Positions 60,931 through 64,000 of a stretch of DNA of 64,000 bases are shown here, one piece after another. Position numbers and translations under genes: made by a program. The stretch is from an uncultured Lachnospiraceae bacterium. Its GTDB lineage: Bacteria; Bacillota; Clostridia; Lachnospirales; Lachnospiraceae. The notes below the pieces were generated by a model. That model made no database searches, was not told where the DNA came from, and saw only the letters and a program-made list of their open reading frames with translations. The DNA lies in contig CADBPC010000091.1 of the NCBI GenBank assembly GCA_902796425.1, positions 82 through 64,081 of the forward strand, read 5' to 3'. Within the stretch, counting starts at the first letter, position 1; each line of letters opens with the position of its first letter.

Positions 60931-63492
60931 TTAATACACCTGGATCTCATTCCTTCCGAACCTGCCGGAGAGGAAGAGGAACCCGGCGTAGCCTTCTTCG
61001 TTCATCAATGCCTTAATGTCTGTTCCTGCCGGAATCACGACTTCGTACATCCTGTCATTGTCCTGATAATCGATCACCAGCTTCACATCCGGGCGCTTTG
61101 TCAGCTCATTCCAGGCAATTGCACCAAGGCTGATCCATCTCTTTGTGGAGATTACAACTTCCGCGCCGGGCTGTGCGTTCCTGATCTTGTCTGCGGCATC
61201 CTCATTGAAAGCGGCATAACCGGAGATCGGGAGCACCTGTGCCACTGCGCCGCACTCCTTACACGTATAGATCATCTCACCGTCGTCTTCAGGTGTTGCT
61301 TTTCGGGTAACCTGCCAAATAAAAACATGTTCATGATAGTCTTGTGTGTTTTTCCAGACCGCCTTTATTGTCAGATTGCCTGTAACAGTAATTATGTCCC
61401 CGGGCTTACCCGCATCCCATCTGTCAAATACCTTATCCTGCGGAGCAGTGAAGCCATTCTCGGGAAGTGTCAGCTGCTTACCGCCGCCTACTGTGATATC
61501 CGGCATGTTGCCGCTGCCGCCGTTAGCATCGAATTTAACTGTACAAACGACAGGTGCGGGGGCCTGAGGTGTCGGAGGCGCGGCGATGTACTGGTTGGTC
61601 AGTGTAATGGTGTTGCCTTCCTTCACATTGCTGACCAGATTATAACCCTCGGGCACAATCTCCTCACAGGCAAACTCCACATCCGGTTTCCCACTGGGAT
61701 ACAGGAAGAAGGTTTTCCATTCCTGATCCTTATTAAGCGTAATCGCACTTCTCTCAATCCCGTCGGCCAGGATCTTCACATCAATGCTGTCAGGGCGCTT
61801 GCCTGCCGCATCATCGTTATCATCCCACACCTTCACGACTTCAACGACATAGAGGTAATTAATCCACTTGGCGTAAAGGGTGATGTCCCCGGTGACGGGG
61901 GTGTTAAAATCGTATGGCTCGGTTAGCCAGCTGTCCTTGTACCAGCCGCCGAATTCAAAGCCTTCTTTGGTGGGATCGGCAGGCTTTACGGCCTTTTCGC
62001 CGTCAGCCACTGTCTGGTCCAAAACGGCAGAGCCGCCGTCGGATTCGAACTTTACTGTATGTACCGGTGCGGGCGTTACGCCGTACTTGTTGGTCAATAT
62101 TACTGTGTTGCCTTCCTTCACGCTGCTGACCAGTGTATAGCCTTCGGGAACGATCTCTTCGCAGGTGAGTTCCACATCGGGTTTGCCGCTTGACATCACA
62201 GAGATGGCTTTCCATTCCCCGGCCGCATTCAGCGAAAGCACCGTTTTCTCAGTTCCATCGGCAAAAATCTTCACATCTACGTGATCGGGCCGCTTTCCCG
62301 CCGCGTTGTCATCATCATCCCAGACCTTCACGACCTCAATGGCGGCGATATAGCTTTTCCATGACGCGTAAAGGGTAATGTCTCCCGTAACAGGAGCATC
62401 GAAATCATAAAGTGTTGTGCGCGTATCGTCGCTGTACCAGTCTCCGAATCCGAACCCCTCTCTGACAGGATCGGCAGGCCGCACAGCCTTCTCACCGTTA
62501 TTCACGGTCTGGGGCGGGACGGTTGAGCCGCCGGCTGTATCGAATGTGACGATATGGGTGGTGGGGGTGAACGTTCGGATGACTGCGTGAACAACCTTTT
62601 CGTTCTCACTGTCAACAATGCATGTTTTATCTTCACTGACGCTGCCGCCGGAAGGCGTAACCACCGCAATGCCCTCGCCCAGGGTGATTGCGGATGATGC
62701 ATATATCGCGTGTGCGGTAGAATCGCCGTAGGCCTCCACCTCGCCGCCGTTGATGGTTAGATTCTTGCAGGAGATGCCATAGTGCTCCGAGCCTGATGCT
62801 GTCACTTTTCCGCCGGTAACCGTAATATCGCCGGAAGAAATGCCATTTCCGCCGCCCGTGGCGGTCACCGTACCGCCGGAGAAGGTTACTGTTAAAACGT
62901 TAATTGCTTTTTCTGTAGAATTAATAGCAACAGTTCCTCCCTCAACTTTCAGATTACTGCCGCCATTATATCCACGGATACCGTTTTTGCCGGAAACCTT
63001 CAGCTCGCCGCCGGTGACGGTAAGCGTACTTTCATTCGAGTTCATTTCAATGCCTGAAATATCCCCACTGGCAGTCACGGTACCGCCGGTAATGGTGATA
63101 TTGTATTTAACAAAAACACCCGAGCTAACGCCGGATATAGTAAAATCACCGTTCAGGCTTAAAGAACCGCTGCTGACAAATATTCCTGCATCCGATCCGC
63201 TGAGAGTTGCGCTGCCTTCCATTGTCAGATCAATACCCTGGGCATAGACCGACGCATAATTATACTCTCCGCTTACCGAAGGATTATTCAGCGTCAGCGT
63301 ATTCGTATCCGGATCGAACTTTGCCTTCCCGCCGTCACCCAGGATATCGTCCTTATTGGCGCTGGTCACCTGTGTGGAACCGACCCAGACGGGGTAGGTT
63401 TCCGGCGCTGCCATGACGCTCATCGGCACAAGGCCAAACAGCATCACCGTCATCAGCATTATGCTCATGATCTTCATTCCGATCCGTTTCAT
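60931..63492 (-). CDS. Large secreted surface/adhesin-like protein: beta-helix GGxVTA repeats, Listeria-Bacteroides (Flg_new) repeats and Cna-B-type domains
   Basis: 853 aa with signal peptide (...VPMSVMA/AP). GGTVTASG/GGKVTASG/GGEVEAYG repeats. Flg_new-like VTFDTAGGS...GFGFGDWY...ITLYASW. Cna-B-like VVKVWDDDDNAAGKRPD...ILTNKY. No LPXTG seen. SD GGGAGGGG. Confidence 0.85.
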   Translation of the reverse strand: MKRIGMKIMSIMLMTVMLFGLVPMSVMAAPETYPVWVGSTQVTSANKDDILGDGGKAKFDPDTNTLTLNNPSVSGEYNYASVYAQGIDLTMEGSATLSGSDAGIFVSSGSLSLNGDFTISGVSSGVFVKYNITITGGTVTASGDISGIEMNSNESTLTVTGGELKVSGKNGIRGYNGGSNLKVEGGTVAINSTEKAINVLTVTFSGGTVTATGGGNGISSGDITVTGGKVTASGSEHYGISCKNLTINGGEVEAYGDSTAHAIYASSAITLGEGIAVVTPSGGSVSEDKTCIVDSENEKVVHAVIRTFTPTTHIVTFDTAGGSTVPPQTVNNGEKAVRPADPVREGFGFGDWYSDDTRTTLYDFDAPVTGDITLYASWKSYIAAIEVVKVWDDDDNAAGKRPDHVDVKIFADGTEKTVLSLNAAGEWKAISVMSSGKPDVELTCEEIVPEGYTLVSSVKEGNTVILTNKYGVTPAPVHTVKFESDGGSAVLDQTVADGEKAVKPADPTKEGFEFGGWYKDSWLTEPYDFNTPVTGDITLYAKWINYLYVVEVVKVWDDNDDAAGKRPDSIDVKILADGIERSAITLNKDQEWKTFFLYPSGKPDVEFACEEIVPEGYNLVSNVKEGNTITLTNQYIAAPPTPQAPAPVVCTVKFDANGGSGNMPDITVGGGKQLTLPENGFTAPQDKVFDRWDAGKPGDIITVTGNLTIKAVWKNTQDYHEHVFIWQVTRKATPEDDGEMIYTCKECGAVAQVLPISGYAAFNEDAADKIRNAQPGAEVVISTKRWISLGAIAWNELTKRPDVKLVIDYQDNDRMYEVVIPAGTDIKALMNEEGYAGFLFLSGRFGRNEIQVY
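61588..62556 (-). repeat. Internal tandem duplication (~158 codons x2) inside the surface-protein gene
   Basis: aa 313-470 (nt 62083-62556) and aa 478-635 (nt 61588-62061) align end to end (Flg_new + Cna-B unit). Majority of positions identical by eye; a third partial Flg_new copy follows (aa ~650-713). Confidence 0.8.
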
Positions 63493-63511
63493 GTTTCACC
63501 CCTCCCGTTTC

Positions 63512-64000
63512 TCATTGAATTGCTTTTACCCGGTCATCCTCATGGACGACCAGCCCGATCGTTTTTGCATTTACCGCCAGGTCGATCCTGTTCTTATATC
63601 CTGTCTTTTCCAGCATGTTCTGGATATGCCGCTTAACTGTGTGTTCTGAAATATGCAGCTTTTCAGCGATTTCTTCGTTTGTCCGATTAACCGTCAGCTC
63701 CCGCAGCACTTCCAGTTCTCTTTCTGTAAGGTCAAACTTTTCTATGCTGCCGAACTCCGGATTTGGCGAATCATCCGGATACACGGATTCACCTTTCATC
63801 GTCCTGTCCATAACTTCGGTCAATGAGATGTCCGGATACTCCTTGAACCAGAAGCTGTCGATTCCTGCCTGTTTTGCTTTATCGATCCATTCCGACTCCG
63901 CTGTGGATGTTGCCAGGATGATTTTCATCTTCGGATCATTGTTCTTGATGATCCCGGCGCAGGTCAGGCCGTCCAGTCCGTACTTCATCATGACATCCAT
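63512..64000 (-). CDS. LuxR/NarL-family response regulator, 5' end outside the window
   Basis: Open to the window edge. Receiver remnants (...DVMM...LDGL...KIILATS) and the C-terminal LuxR HTH LTERELEVLRELTVNRTNEEIAEKLHISEHTVKRHIQNMLEKTG. Stop 19 nt before the surface-protein ATG. Confidence 0.85.
   Translation of the reverse strand: MDVMMKYGLDGLTCAGIIKNNDPKMKIILATSTAESEWIDKAKQAGIDSFWFKEYPDISLTEVMDRTMKGESVYPDDSPNPEFGSIEKFDLTERELEVLRELTVNRTNEEIAEKLHISEHTVKRHIQNMLEKTGYKNRIDLAVNAKTIGLVVHEDDRVKAIQ

Noticed and set aside
1-64000. Window-wide look for tRNA, rRNA, tmRNA, IS elements, integrases, cas genes and toxin-antitoxin pairs.
   Set aside because: Every intergenic gap longer than 100 nt was read on both strands. 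No cloverleaf-like or rRNA-like sequence, no terminal inverted repeats flanking a transposase-like ORF, and no recombinase motifs were seen. Absence is by eye only; tRNAscan, Infernal and ISfinder-type searches would be decisive.

Overview
64-kb chromosomal stretch that reads like a moderately GC-rich, strictly anaerobic Firmicute (Clostridia, Lachnospiraceae-like; the taxon is inference only). I can support about 62 protein-coding genes or gene remnants, roughly 80% on the minus strand. There are also several intrinsic terminators, one good sigma-A-type promoter with an operator-like palindrome, and a few repeat structures. I recognised no rRNA, tRNA, CRISPR array, transposase, integrase or phage structural gene. 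Content by block: (1) pckA 3' end, then a GH31 glycosidase plus an orphan carB. (2) A glpA-like flavoprotein/DUF1667 operon coupled to a HAD-IIA phosphatase. (3) A five-gene operon: hybrid sensor kinase, orphan solute-binding protein, chagasin-type protease-inhibitor lipoprotein, TraX, secreted transglutaminase-like protein. (4) Assorted redox and housekeeping genes. (5) A Mor-like/PH-domain/double zinc-ribbon operon. (6) A miscellany operon: Smr, HD, two GNATs, LURP-one-like, FMN dehydrogenase. (7) A DUF2975/YozG-type HTH/DUF4173-like module. (8) An Opp/Dpp-type peptide ABC transporter, with RidA, a TPR protein and an S10 peptidase encoded upstream on the same strand. (9) A lower-GC block with a predicted dicarboxylyl-CoA (glutarate/glutaconyl-CoA-type) pathway: SLC13 permease, LysR, family III CoA-transferase, gcdA, acyl-CoA dehydrogenase, flavodoxin-ferredoxin fusion. 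(10) A decayed patch: amber-interrupted HTH gene, N-terminally truncated DUF4143 ATPase, 22-23-bp tandem repeat array. (11) A two-component locus with an extra kinase-like 7TM sensor and an 853-aa surface protein. The best candidates for something undescribed are the RR/surface-protein/pseudo-kinase/kinase locus, the gcdA-ACAD-flavodoxin cluster, the kinase/SBP/inhibitor/TraX/transglutaminase operon and the Mor/PH/zinc-ribbon operon. At least six gene remnants indicate ongoing gene decay. All functional calls are by-eye motif recognition; none was verified by a database search.
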